DNA of 63,610 nt, the filler included, from Piptocephalis cylindrospora (lineage: Eukaryota): the NCBI GenBank assembly GCA_003614145.1. It is 3 parts of 3 records of this genome, joined end to end, with 100 filler letters (N's around TTAATTAATTAA, not from the genome) between each part and the next. Parts side by side here need not be neighbours in the genome. Positions count along the whole stretch, not along the records: positions 21,289 to 42,456 come from KZ987809.1; 2 more parts are not named here. One strand, written 5' to 3'. The notes beneath the pieces are model-generated. The model saw only the letters and a program-made list of their open reading frames with translations, had not been told where the DNA came from and did no database searches. The first letter of the stretch is position 1; every line of letters begins with the position of its first letter. The position numbers and the translations under genes are program-made. Below, in pieces: positions 24,326 through 36,283 of the stretch.

Positions 24326-26176
24326 ATGTCAGAGACGAATATGGAAGCGCGAACTTTGCGAAAGGATCATCAAGTACAAGGAAAGGTAAATGATGACACG
24401 CGTGCCTCCTTGAGCTTGGCATTTCAGCAGCGATCCACTTCTCCTCAAAGCATGCTGCGCTACTCCTTATCCCAGTCTTCCGCCCTGTCTTCTCAGACTT
24501 CAGCCCCCTCCGTCTCACCTGTGATGAGCCCGTCCATGCTCGTGACCTTGAAGGCGGAGCTCTCTGATATGGAGCCTAGCCAGTTAGCCAAGGCTAGAGC
24601 TTGGGCCAATCCTGCCGAGGGAATAGGCCGATTGGGGTTTATGAATAGGGCAGCCGTGAAAATGGCGGAGCTGGATGCAATCTTTCAGTTGACGGTCCCT
24701 CCTAAAGAATGCTCCAGGGCTAAACGCCCTCGAATGGGTGAGAAAAGTATGTTTGAGAGATCCTTTTCCTCAGGTCATCTAACCTTTGTGGATTTGTGTG
24801 GTGGCCCTGGAGGTTTCTCAGGTAAGTCATAGTTATTGAACACTTGATACTCAAGGAAAAGTGGAGCAGAGTATTGCAGAGGCATGGTAAACTAGTTTAG
24901 GATAGTCGATGAGCTTACATAACGCTTATGCCCATCATCCATGTGCTTATTGTACACTAGAGTACATTTTATGGCGTGTTCGTACCTCCGGGGATCCGGT
25001 GAAAGGCTGGGGAATGACCCTAAGACGGCTGATTGAGGCTGACCGAGGGACCGAGCGAGAGGCCCCCGATTTCCATTTGGATTCATTTAGAGAGGAAACC
25101 AACGTACGCGATAGTATGAACCTAATCTACGGTCCTGATAGCACCGGTGAGAGAGTAAATAGATGCTTGGGCCAAGGGGGAAGATGTGGCCAGGCTTGGG
25201 GATCTCAACTTATACCCTAAATCTTATGATGATCCCTTTATGGCAAACTCTCCTCTCCTTATATAGGTGACATCCTTGATAGTAAAAACCGAGAAACGCT
25301 GTCCATGGACGTGGATCGTGTTACACATGGTCAAGGTGTTCATCTTGTCACTGCTGATGGGGTAATTTGCGCACTGAATAGGGAAGAGGGCGTGGGGATA
25401 GCCCCATCATGGGGAACCTTGCATAGTAAGTCCATAAGACCGCTCACTTATAATTCATTTCCCTTTACTGATGATGTAGGCATTTGATGTGGTTGGCCAT
25501 GAGGCTCTTCAGGAAGTCCTATCTGGTCATCTTCTGCTTGCTCAAGTTCACCTTGGACTCTCTCTTCTTTGTCTCGGTAAGCCATCTTATTTTAGATATG
25601 CTATTTCCTCATCATATTTAGTTAGATGGGCCCAGAGATGCCCCTCTCCTCCTATGTAATATGTTTCCTCTGGATCATTAACTACCCCTCCTCCTCATCC
25701 AATATGTGATGGGTATTTAGGCGGCCAGTTTGTGTGTAAATTCTTCGATGCATCTACTCCTTTGACCAAATCTCTACTGTATACCATGACCAAGTGCTTT
25801 ACTACGGTGGAGTTGGTCAAGCCCATGACCTCACGGCCAGCCAACTCAGAGAGGTACTTGGTTGCCCGTGAATTTCTCGGCATGAGCCATGCTATGAAAG
25901 ACCGGATGAATCGAGCGATGTGTTCCGCTGGATTGGGTCAAGATCCAGTCGATGCTTTTTCTGCTGATCCACCTCCCTCCTCCTTTTCCATCACTCTTGA
26001 CAAGCTCAATCAATGGTAAGGAGAGGTGAGGTTGTTGAAAATAACCTATGATACTTATCTCATCTCTGTTGTTGGTGTGGGTCTGCAACTTCTACGGTAG
26101 CTTTATCCAGCGTCAAGGTGAAGCTCTTTGCCTCCTATTGGAGCTTGCCGAAAACTTGTACGTACTTTCTGAGTGA
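24326..26176 (+). CDS. Cap-specific mRNA 2'-O-methyltransferase, CMTR1/MTr1-like FtsJ domain, multi-exon
   Basis: RAWANPAEGIG...FMNRAAVKMAELD, FVDLCGGPGGFSEY, GWGMTL, HLVTADG, FVCKFFD and KPMTSRPANSERY. Confidence 0.85.
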
Positions 26177-26432
26177 CCTAGTTGAATTCAAGGAGATAGC
26201 CGTGACTTGGATATGTCCATGCTTTTTCTCATTTATATTCTTCCCTCAAACACCTGAATGCGGGACCCAATAGGGAAGAAGGGAGCCCTTTTCATCAAAG
26301 GCGCATTCGACAAGAATGTATTGCGGCCTGGGGTCTTTATGGCGCTTAAGGAAGCATCCATCTCTATGGCAAATTCTGGTCGAGGGAGAAAAGCAGCGTA
26401 GGTGAAGATGTTGCGGCCACATAGAAGAGTGC

Positions 26433-27574
26433 TTACTCCTTGTCAGCGAGTGTGTCCTGAGGAATGCTCTGCAAGAAGGCCAGGACCGTCTTTCTCCCAG
26501 CGGAATCGGATGGCATGACATGACTAGGTCGGGATAAGGCGGGGCAGTGCCATTGTTAGCATGCATGGCGTAGGCGCCCACGAGCCAAGGACTCATTATA
26601 AAACTCACCCTCCCTTGTGCTCATAGACCTCCGCTTTGGGGAACAAGGAAGCAAGGGCATGACTCCTCTCTATATATAATAACGGATCGTAATTAGATAG
26701 GGCGCATCTTTATTATAGCACTCTAAGCAGAAAAACAAGGACCGGCCACTTACCGGGATCAATGAGCGTATCCTGCTTTCCAAGAATGTGCAAGGTGGGG
26801 CAATGAGTAGGGGAGGAGTCGTAGTAGGGAAGGGTGAGCGCATCCTCGAACCGAAATCCTGAGGAATATATGGTAAAGCTTAAGGGAGGATGACGACATC
26901 CACGACGCAATGGATCCCCAAGGTCCTTAGATAATGCCATCGTGGCCAACGCAGCCATAGCCGCGCCTATTTCCCCATTCAAGTAATTCATCAGGAAACC
27001 GGTAGATCATCCACAGATTAGCCTCACCATGCCCCTCTTCTTACGCTCTTGACCTACCTTGAGAGAAGCCAAAGATCGCATCAAAGGGTCCTTGTCGGTC
27101 CAAAAGGGCAAAAAGATAATCAAGGGCTTCCTCTAGGCCCTTGCACGATCCATCGGCTTGTCGGAAGAACCAAGCATACGGTTTTTCATCTTGCGTAAAT
27201 GCATAGATATGATGAGTCGTTAAAAAATAAATTTATCCAATTTATGTATAAAGGGTTAGCCCTCAGTAGGCAGAGACGTACCTTCCGTCAAAAGTTGATC
27301 GCCAATCTTCTTTTTCAATTCTTCCGGACCCTCCTCAGGCACCGGCATGAGAATAGGAGGATCGATATACTCTATCCATCACGACAAAGTGATTCAGTCT
27401 GAGTGTTCAGCAGAAACCCTAACGGTACTAGCACCGAACCGCCCGGTTAGTCATACCTAGCTCAGCCACGGACTTGAGCGTCTTACGCAACGCTCCCGTC
27501 TTTTTCCTTAAAATCATCCCATTTTGTGTGTATCCAGGAAGGCAAAGCACTCTAAATAGTCGGGGGGAGGACAT
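26433..27574 (-). CDS. Serine hydrolase, FSH1/OVCA2 family, multi-exon
   Basis: VLCLPGYTQNG, YAWF, GPFDAIFGFSQ|GAAMA, PTLHILGKQDTLI and HKGG|HVMP. Confidence 0.9.
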
Positions 27575-27692
27575 GGCCGATATAATAAGGGGAGGGAGGG
27601 GTGAAGGAAAGAGGAATCGGTCTGAAGGGATAAATAGAATTAACCAGGTTAGCCAAAACCTATTCTCTAATCAATCAATCAATCAATCATCC

Positions 27693-27968
27693 GAGCTGTT
27701 GGCAGCCAACTGGTATCAGCAAGTCCATCCTGAGACTTTGGTGACCAATTTGCCCTTCATTCAAAGGATTGCCGCCACTGCACGTTGCCGCCTTATGATG
27801 CCGCCAGGGATTGGATCCAGGCACACCCATCCCTATAGAGAGGATGTCCCAGACGGAGTGCCTGATACTGGGACCAAGCACTGTGTGAGCCCCCTCTATA
27901 GGGAAAAAAAGGAATCACAACGCGAGGACCAGGCAGGCACAGTACGTTGAGCTTGTCATTAGAGTGCT
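27693..27968 (-). ncRNA. Structured RNA, candidate non-canonical SRP (7SL) RNA
   Basis: Helix-8-like motif AAGG-CG-GCAA-CG-TGCA at 27794-27779. A 14-bp stem forms between 27830-27843 and 27891-27904. There is long-range 5'/3' pairing, and + strand A-C mismatches become G-U pairs on the minus strand. Confidence 0.45.
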
Positions 27969-28132
27969 CTGTTTTCCTCCTCCTTCCCTTCCCCCACCCA
28001 CTGACATCTACCTTTGGTTGATCAAGATAATTCTGCTTTTTTTTCTCTCCTCCACTTCTCATCCTTGCTCCTTCACAATCATTACTCCTCCCTATCTGGT
28101 CTCCCCCTCCCCCCCCTCAGAGGCTCCAAGTA

Positions 28133-31100
28133 ATGTCGTCCAGGTGAGTGTTGTGTTTTTCTCTTATGACCCGCCCTCTTGCCGAGAGACGTCAGATCTT
28201 TCAACGTGAGCGCACATCTGACACTAACTGGTCTTCCTCCTCTTCTTCCTAGATCGTCCTCCGAGTCCATGGATAGGAAGGAAGAAGCTGCCGGGCCAGC
28301 GTCTGTACTTTCTTCCCGGAAGAGGTAAGGTCTATCCTAGCTCTCTTGGATAGAGGGGTTCAGGGCTTCCCGTGGGATGTCTTGTCTTATGAGCCCACGT
28401 TATATTCATCATACTAAACTATCAATCTCATTTTTTCCTAGGCGGAACAGGTCTGCCTCTTCTACTGGGTCCTCTAGTTCAGGAAGTGATGGAAGATCCA
28501 GATCTCGACATAGTAGACTCTCTCCCCGAAGGAAAAACATTCGGTACCGTTCAGGCCGTCGAACTTCCCGATCCGTTTCTCTCTCCTCCCGGTCTCGATC
28601 AAGATCCAGGTCACTTTCTTCTTCCTCCTCCATCTCCTCCAGATCGGAGTCATTTTCCTCCAGAAGTCGATCCTCCTCCAGATCCCCATTAGATTCTCGA
28701 TCTAGATCTGCGTCACCCCGTCGCAATGCTCAGCGATCTCGATCTCCTCAAGTATTTGATTACAACACGGATAGGAAGCGGGAAAGGGAGCGGCAGATGA
28801 GGGAACGAGTGCCCCATCCAGATGATATGGAAAAAGTGCCTGTACCATTGGATGAGCAGATACGTTCCATGGCTTCTACTACCCGAACAGGAGGAGTATA
28901 CATCCCCAGGTTCCGCTTGAGACAAATGCAGGCCCAAATCACCGACAAATCGTCCACTGAATACCAACGTATCCACTGGGACAACCTCAAAAAACAAATT
29001 AATGGTCTGGTCAATAAGGTTAATACGGATAACATCAAGGAAATCATCCCCGAGCTCTTTTCCGCTAATCTAGTTCGTGGCCAGGCTCTCTTTGCCCGAT
29101 CCATTATGAAGGCCCAGTCTGTGGCGCTTCCTTTTACTCCAGTATACGCAGCATTAGTCGCCGTCGTCAATAGTAAATTCCCGGCCATCGGAGGTCTTAT
29201 CCTCAGTCGTTTGGTCATTCAATTCCGTCGAGCATTACGTCGGAACGACAAAGCTTTATGTCTTTCATCCACTCGCTTCATTGCCCACCTATGCAATCAA
29301 CTTGTGGCCCATGAGATCCTCGCCCTCCAGATCCTCGCCATCCTTCTCAAGAACCACACAGATGATAGTGTTGAGATTGCCGTGGGCTTCACCCGAGAAG
29401 TTGGGGCTCATTTGCACGATGTTGTGCCCAAACCATTCAACGTGACATTTGAGTGGTTCCGCACTCTTCTCCACGAGGCTACCCTGGAGAAGCGAGTTCA
29501 GTACATGATCGAAGTGCTCTTCCAGGTAAGGAAGGAAAAGTTTAGCAAGAACCCTCCCATCCCTGAAGAGCTGGATCTGGTGGAGGAGGAAGATCAAGAA
29601 ACGCACACCATCACTCTGGATGATGAAGATTTGGAAGTGAAGGAGGGTCTGGGCGTTTTCAAGTATGATCCCGACTTTGTGAAGAACGAGGACCAGTATA
29701 ATGCCATCAAGCGGGAACTCCTGGGCGAGGAGTCGGATGAGGAGGATGCAAGTGGCGGAAGCGAGGCGGATAGCGAGTCGAGTGACGGAGAGGGTAGCTC
29801 GGACGAGGAGGGAGAGGAAGGAGGTAGGGCAGGCGTATCGACGACGGGCGCCATTCAGGATGCCACTGGAACCGACCTCGTTAGCCTACGTCGTGTTATC
29901 TACCTGACCATCATGAGTAGTGCCAACTTTGAGGAGTGCACTCACAAGCTCCTGAACCTACGGCTGGCAGATGCGGATAGGCCCGAGCTTTGCAACATGA
30001 TTATTGAGTGTTGTGCTCAGGAACGGACGTACACTCGGTTCTATGGCCTGATCGGAGAACGAGTGTGTAAGGTTCATCGTACCTGGTCGGATATGTTTGT
30101 TGATGCTTTCCGCCGCACATATGACACCATCCATCGGTATGAGACGAATAGGCTTCGGAATGTCGCCAAGTTCTTTTCGAATCTCCTCGCCGGGGATGCT
30201 ATCCCCTGGGCCAAGGCTCTTTCGTGCATCCGTCTTACCGAGGAGGATACCACCAGTGCTTCCCGTATCTTTATCAAGATTCTCATGCAGGAACTTGGGG
30301 AGAGTATGGGTCTGGCCAAGCTAAATCAGAAACTAAAGGATCCGTACGAACATGTGGCGTATGCTGGTCTTTTCCCTACTGATGATCCCCGACACACCCG
30401 ATTCGCCATTAACTTTTTCACAAGTATTGGCCTTGGTGCTCTGACCGAGGAACTTCGGGAGCATCTGAAGAACCTGCCCAAGGTTGCCCCCACTACCGGT
30501 CGGGATTCTGAGGATTCAAGTTCAGATGCCTCTTCCATCCTCTCCTCTTCTACCCTGTCCGGGAGCAGTGGTGGATCTGACTTGAGTAGTGACGAAGAGG
30601 GAGAACGAGGTCGTAGTCGCCAACGTGGTCGGGGCCGGTCGGCCCGTCGACGATCCCAATCGTACAGCAGTAGGAGTGATAGCAGGAGCAGCTGCTCCAG
30701 CTCTGGGCGTAGTCGATCTTACAGTCGGAGTAGTCGGTCTGCGAGCTGGAGTAGCCGGTCCAGGAGCCGTAGTAAGAGTGGCTCTCGGAGTGTCGGCGCC
30801 CGTTCAAACAATGCCAGTCTTTCTCCCAGGAGAGGGAAGGGAGCTGGTCGCACTCGTTCCATATCTCGTTCGCCCCCATCTTCTTTTCTTCCTCCACGCC
30901 GGCCCTCATCCCCTAGGGGTCATTCTGTGCGTGGCCCTCCGGAGGAGGAACTACGTAGATACGGAAGAGATAGGAATCGTGAGTCACAAGGCCCTCCTCG
31001 ATCCAGATCCCCATCCCCTCGTCCCGTAGCCTCTCTTCCCCCAGGTGGACCTCGGGAAGGTCGACGTATGCAGGAGCAAGTCCCGTATAGATCCCGGTAT

Positions 31101-31664
31101 CGGTCACCCCCTCGTCGGGATGGACGCTCTCCTCGGAGGTCGCCAATAGGTAACCCTCGACGGTCCTCCCCTTCTCCTCCAAGTCGTCGGTTTAGGTCAC
31201 CTCGTCAGTCTAGGTCACCTCGTCGCCTTGTCTCTCGATCCCCTCCACCAAGGGATTCTCGACCTTTGGAAGGATACTATAGAAGACACTCTCCTAGATC
31301 AAGACATTCACCCCCAGTACCTCATCGCCCTCCTTCTCAGGGTAGACCTAAATCCCCCTTGAGGTATGACCGGGCAAGGTCAAAGGAAGATCGGGCGCCT
31401 CGAAGGGAGGATCGGCGGTACGACGATAGGAGATCACGGTATCCGCCTACTTCCAGGTCTGATTGTGACCGACGACCCATCCATGCTGAGCCTCTCTGTC
31501 AGAATGATGCTTACCCACGCCACTCATCCAGGGGAAGTCGATCCCCACCGCCCCGTGCCTTGAAGGAGAAGGAATTGCTTAGAAATGGGGATTACCACGG
31601 TCACCATCCTTCTCGACCAGAACATCCGATTGGTCAGGGCCGCAATGACTCTCCTCAGGGGTAA
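28133..31664 (+). CDS. CWC22: Pre-mRNA splicing factor Cwc22 (MIF4G and MA3 domains) with long RS-rich ends
   Basis: RTGGVYIP, YQRIHWDNLKKQINGLVNKVN, RVQYMIEVLF, DTTSASRIFIKIL and RFAINFFTSIGLG. Two short 5' exons at 28133-28143 and 28253-28324. Confidence 0.95.
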
Positions 31665-32115
31665 CCTGGACGACTCCATCAAAGTTCGGTATGGATTGAC
31701 TTTGGCTGGTCAAGAAGAAAAATGAAGAAAGAGCAATAAATGATGCAGTGTCTTGTAGGGCACGATACAGATATGTTTAAGAAACTGATTCAATGAGCCC
31801 TTACCACTAGATCAGTCAAGGCAGTGGAAAGGTAGAGTTGTTGTATTACATTCCAAGAGCTTAACCTACCACGATTGATACCCCTTGGTGCTCTCCTCTT
31901 CTGGGTCCTAATCGCTGAGCCCTTCAACCACCGCCTCCTCTCCGCTTGATTAGGCGATAAGGAAACGTCACTGAATATGTATGCTCGATATATATTCAAG
32001 GCCGCATAGCCTGGCTTGAATCATTCCCATTGATGGGAAATGCATAGGGGAAGATGAAAAAAATAGCCGCTCTAGACTGAACAATTCCCTCTACATCCTA
32101 TTACATGAGTCAGTA

Positions 32116-33462
32116 CTATTGGCTAGGCAAGGTTTTAAAGACCTTGTTCACAGCCTCAACCAGTTGCTTCACGGCGGCCTCCTGTGCACGGACTTCTTGG
32201 ATATCGTAATGATTCATCTGGCAAAACGACTCGGGAATGGGGGCTGGAGGGTGTAGCTCACTTTGGAGACCTTTGGCAATGTCCTGGATCTCCGCTGGTG
32301 TTAGCTCGAGGAGCTTAGTGATGCGGCTGACGATATTCATGGCTAATTTTCCTAGATTCAACAGACCCTCATCCACCTCAGGCTCGTCAGCACGACGGAC
32401 AAGGCCGCCCAAGAGGGAAGCGGGAGCAGCAGGTGGAGCGGGGGCAGCAGGTGGAGCAGGAGCTGCCTGAGCAGCCGGTGGGGCAGCCGGGACAGGGCCA
32501 GCCGCAGCAGCATTTCCAGCACCGGCTGAAGGGACATTTTGCTCCTTGGTCTGCACCATGCCCGGGGGCGAGGTGATGGTGGCAACGTTAGTGGACTGCA
32601 TGGGAGCGTACCGGTAACATAGCTTGTCAATATCCATGACACTGCGAACGGACGTGTCGGTGTAGTAGACGATGGGGTCATCAGAAGAGACCAGCTTGCC
32701 TCGGTGCAAACCATCATACTTGTAGAGGTGGTCCTTGCGGTAGGTCTGCCAATCATACCAGATTTTGTCAATGTACCCATGATGGAGGAAGAACATGGGA
32801 TCGGCTGGGGCATTCATTCCAGTCATATCGAATCCAATACCCACATGAGGTCCGGGATGGGGCCCAAGCTCGATTGAAGCACGAAATTCGTCGTAAGAGG
32901 TGGCTCTGGAGGTGAAGAGGCTGATGAGACGGGGGGCAAAGAAGCTCCCAATGGTGGCTCCCAGGTTATATCCCCGAACCAGACAACCGGGAGCGGGATA
33001 TGGGCGCATCCAGCCAGCAAATGGACCATTGTTAAGACACCCTCCAAAGGCATTGCCTCCCATCATAGTTGGCTGAAGGACGGGGCTATTATGGGGGTAA
33101 TCCGCATCCGCGCTCCACTGCCAGTAAGGCAAGGTGACGGAAGGATCCATCTTCTGGAGCTCTCGCTCAAACTCCAGGATAAACTTACGGTGCCATGGGA
33201 AAAACATGGCTCCGTTGTGGATATCAATCTGGTATCGGAGATGGAGTTCGGCGAACTTGTCGTATGGAGTGGGGCTGGGCCCGGACTTGAGCTTCTTGAT
33301 CGCGGCGATGAACTTATCAAATTCAGGACGACTAAGGTCGCGGATCTCCTTGCGCACATTCACCTTGGCGCACCGAGCATCTACGGTCTGGACGGAAGAA
33401 ACCAGGAGGAGCCCAGCAACGAGAAATCCGGCAATCCCGGAGATTTGGCGGGAAAACATCAT
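32116..33462 (-). CDS. Secreted tyrosinase-like type III di-copper protein (paralog 1), intronless
   Basis: Signal peptide and RKEIRDL. CuA: H...IHNGAMFFPWHR. CuB: HPGPH...DPMFFLHHGYIDKIW. Confidence 0.92.
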   Translation of the reverse strand: MMFSRQISGIAGFLVAGLLLVSSVQTVDARCAKVNVRKEIRDLSRPEFDKFIAAIKKLKSGPSPTPYDKFAELHLRYQIDIHNGAMFFPWHRKFILEFERELQKMDPSVTLPYWQWSADADYPHNSPVLQPTMMGGNAFGGCLNNGPFAGWMRPYPAPGCLVRGYNLGATIGSFFAPRLISLFTSRATSYDEFRASIELGPHPGPHVGIGFDMTGMNAPADPMFFLHHGYIDKIWYDWQTYRKDHLYKYDGLHRGKLVSSDDPIVYYTDTSVRSVMDIDKLCYRYAPMQSTNVATITSPPGMVQTKEQNVPSAGAGNAAAAGPVPAAPPAAQAAPAPPAAPAPPAAPASLLGGLVRRADEPEVDEGLLNLGKLAMNIVSRITKLLELTPAEIQDIAKGLQSELHPPAPIPESFCQMNHYDIQEVRAQEAAVKQLVEAVNKVFKTLPSQ

Positions 33463-36283
33463 GGCGGGAAGATAGGTTTATACGAACTGTGATTAGAGAT
33501 GGATGGGAAGGAGGAAATGCCTTGGTTATCCTGAAGATGCAAAGAGAAAGGATAGGTCAGGCGTATAAGTGGTATTGGGTGTGAGAGAAATTTGGTCGAA
33601 GGAGTGATGGATGGGGAGAGAGGGGGGGGATGAGCCGAGAACGAAAGAGGCAGTATGAGGAAAAGGCCATTTAAATATTGATCCGCACTTAAAGGCTGTT
33701 GGCCGAGCTCTCCCCGGGATATGGTTGTGAAGTCAAACAGGGGTGATGAGTTGTTCATGAACCTTACTTTTCCCTGAGTAAGGGGAGGATCCGTACTTCG
33801 GAAAATCAAGGAGAATTCTAAACAACATGCGCCCTGAGTTTTCCAGTATGACACTACCCTTGGCCATATCTGATGGAGGAATTCAACTTCGCCGGGGTTC
33901 TCGTCCTTCAAAGATGTGTCCATGATACCACGAAAGTGTTTGGGATGAGAATGAGGCCTTTTTTCCTTGCTTGAGATGAGCAGGGAATGGTGTTCGGTGC
34001 ATGATACACTTTGATCTACCACTCACCGACCTACCTCCAAGCTCTCGCCTCCTCCATCAATGTCTCGCTTTTCCCAGGGTGTGCGGGGCGATGCCATGCA
34101 AGCGTCCCCGCGTTAAACGCGGCGATCTTTCAGGCCAGCCACCCGGCAGCGGGCGCAAAAAAGCTGCTTTGAATGACATGGGGGCCCTCCAGGCCTTCTC
34201 GTCCCTCAGTCCCAGCCCTATCCAGGCTTGGATGAGCGGAGTTTACAGGAAAGTCGGAGAAAGGCATCAGCCTCCTAAGGACTGGCAAGCGCCTCATCGG
34301 CCCGATCCAGACGGTGTCGTCCTGATGTGTATCATCCCATGTGTAGGATTGACCCAGGCTGGTCAAGACGTCGACCAGAGGGATCATCCGGGTCCGATTC
34401 TGTGGACAATCAATTAGTTCGGGGCCTCTAAGACATCCTTGAGGGAATAAACCACTATTGAGGGAATAAAGTGAGCGGAGTCTTTTTCCTTCCTCATTCG
34501 GCCTACCTCTTTGTAGTCATCGATGTGAGGCATATCCATCCCAGATGAGTTGGAAAAAATGATTGCGTGTTCTTCCAAGGATCAATGTACTGCAAGTCTA
34601 GCGCTGATTTTTCGATCTCCCATTATTGAAAATTGTATTGTCTCATGAGGAGAATGCACCCAAAAAACTCTACATAGGCTCACATCCTTGTTACAGACTC
34701 GTTTTTTGAGATGAATTTGTGAATACTTTTAGGGAAAAGGGAATATTGCAACATTCCCAATACATTTCGCTGCTTACCACTACTAATACATTTTTCTGTC
34801 TACTACTACTGAGGGTAATGGCTTTCGAGCTCTGTGGTTTTGATAGATATGGATTGCGAAATCAGTGCTCATATCTCTCAAATTATTACGAGCCGTGATG
34901 AAAATTCGTGATAGCAATGTTCCCAATACTATATCTCAGTCGAAGAATACTTTTCCTTGGTAGGAAGCATGACATTTGTACATACGTTCCAGTTTGCATC
35001 ATGGATAGATATACTATGTAGGCGCCTGCATGATAAGACCACATGTCTTTTTGAGCACCTTGGAGATCTAGCATTCAAGGTAAATTAGATAAAGGCGAGT
35101 GGGTATTTTCTAACTGAGGCTATTTCTTGAGAAAGTAGCTGGACGACTTGAATTGTTTTCTATCTTGTTTGCATGGCTCAATGCCGTTCTATATATTTTG
35201 TTAGAATAAACCCAAATAAAAGCTGATAACTAATTGCCCAAATCACCCAGCAGCTCCAATCTCTCCCTCCCAGGCCAAGTCAGTATAGCACAGTGATGCA
35301 CTGGAGACGAATAAGCGGGGACGACCCGCAAGAGGGTATGCTTATGCGCCACGGCATATCAAAGGAGGAGAGCACACGCTGTGCAGACGGATCCTGGCAT
35401 CTCACAGAAGTTATTTTCAGCTTCTCTCCTCACATAGTATCCATGTTCGGATGGACACCTAGAGGAGTGGAAGATCAAGAGAGGCGTCTCGAGGAAGCAG
35501 TGTGCTTATCACACTACAAACCCATCTGACCCTATCATTTTTTTAAGGGACTTGTCGGTAATCAAGTTACAAACAACCTATAGGATATTTTTAGGGCTTC
35601 CTAGGATATGCGTGAGGCTCAGTGGACATCCATGGCCATCCTAGAAGGTGTACTCAAAGATCAGAGCATGAATCAGCTGCGTCTGGGTGAGGTACATATC
35701 CGGACTGGGAGGCTTGGTAGAGGAAAGGGGTACAGGCATTGAAGGTGCTTCTGATATGCAGTGACCCTTGTTAAAGGCCTTCGGACCCGGCACACCAGAG
35801 ATATTTCCTCTCTATACCCTGGGGATTCTGCTTCACCTGGGGGATTGACACCCTGGCCATATGCATCAACCATTCTAGCGAGCGTCTCGGGTGCATGAAG
35901 GAAGGTCATTGTGGGGTTCACGGTGTGTATCTCACTCTTTTTCATAGCATCCCCATCCCATGGGCCCCAAAGCCAGATTAATCCCTCACACCCTGGGTAT
36001 CCATGAGGCATTTTACTCTTGGTTCTAGCCACTATCTTCTCAGAAAGAATTATGGCCTTTGCCACCTCCTCTATATAATGTACATGTAAAGCATTTTATC
36101 ACCCCATCCCACGAGTTTCTATCACATTCTCCCTTACATACTTCATCCTCTATACCCTTCGTTCAAAAGCATTCCTCTCCCTCCAACTTTTTCCTCACGC
36201 GGATCAATTACATCTACGCATCATCTAATTAGGTCAAACCTACTACTCAATAGTCATTCACTTCGTTGATTACCACAGCAGAC

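Noticed and set aside
27845..27881. HDV-like ribozyme (GUCCCA...UGGGAC)
   Set aside because: It is too short and lacks the P3, P1.1 and P4 elements. It is kept only as part of the structured RNA candidate.
28409..31563. Many antisense and alternative-frame ORFs over CWC22 (likewise over CBP80, RNPS1 and the tyrosinases)
   Set aside because: They are shadow ORFs of GC-rich, low-complexity coding sequence.
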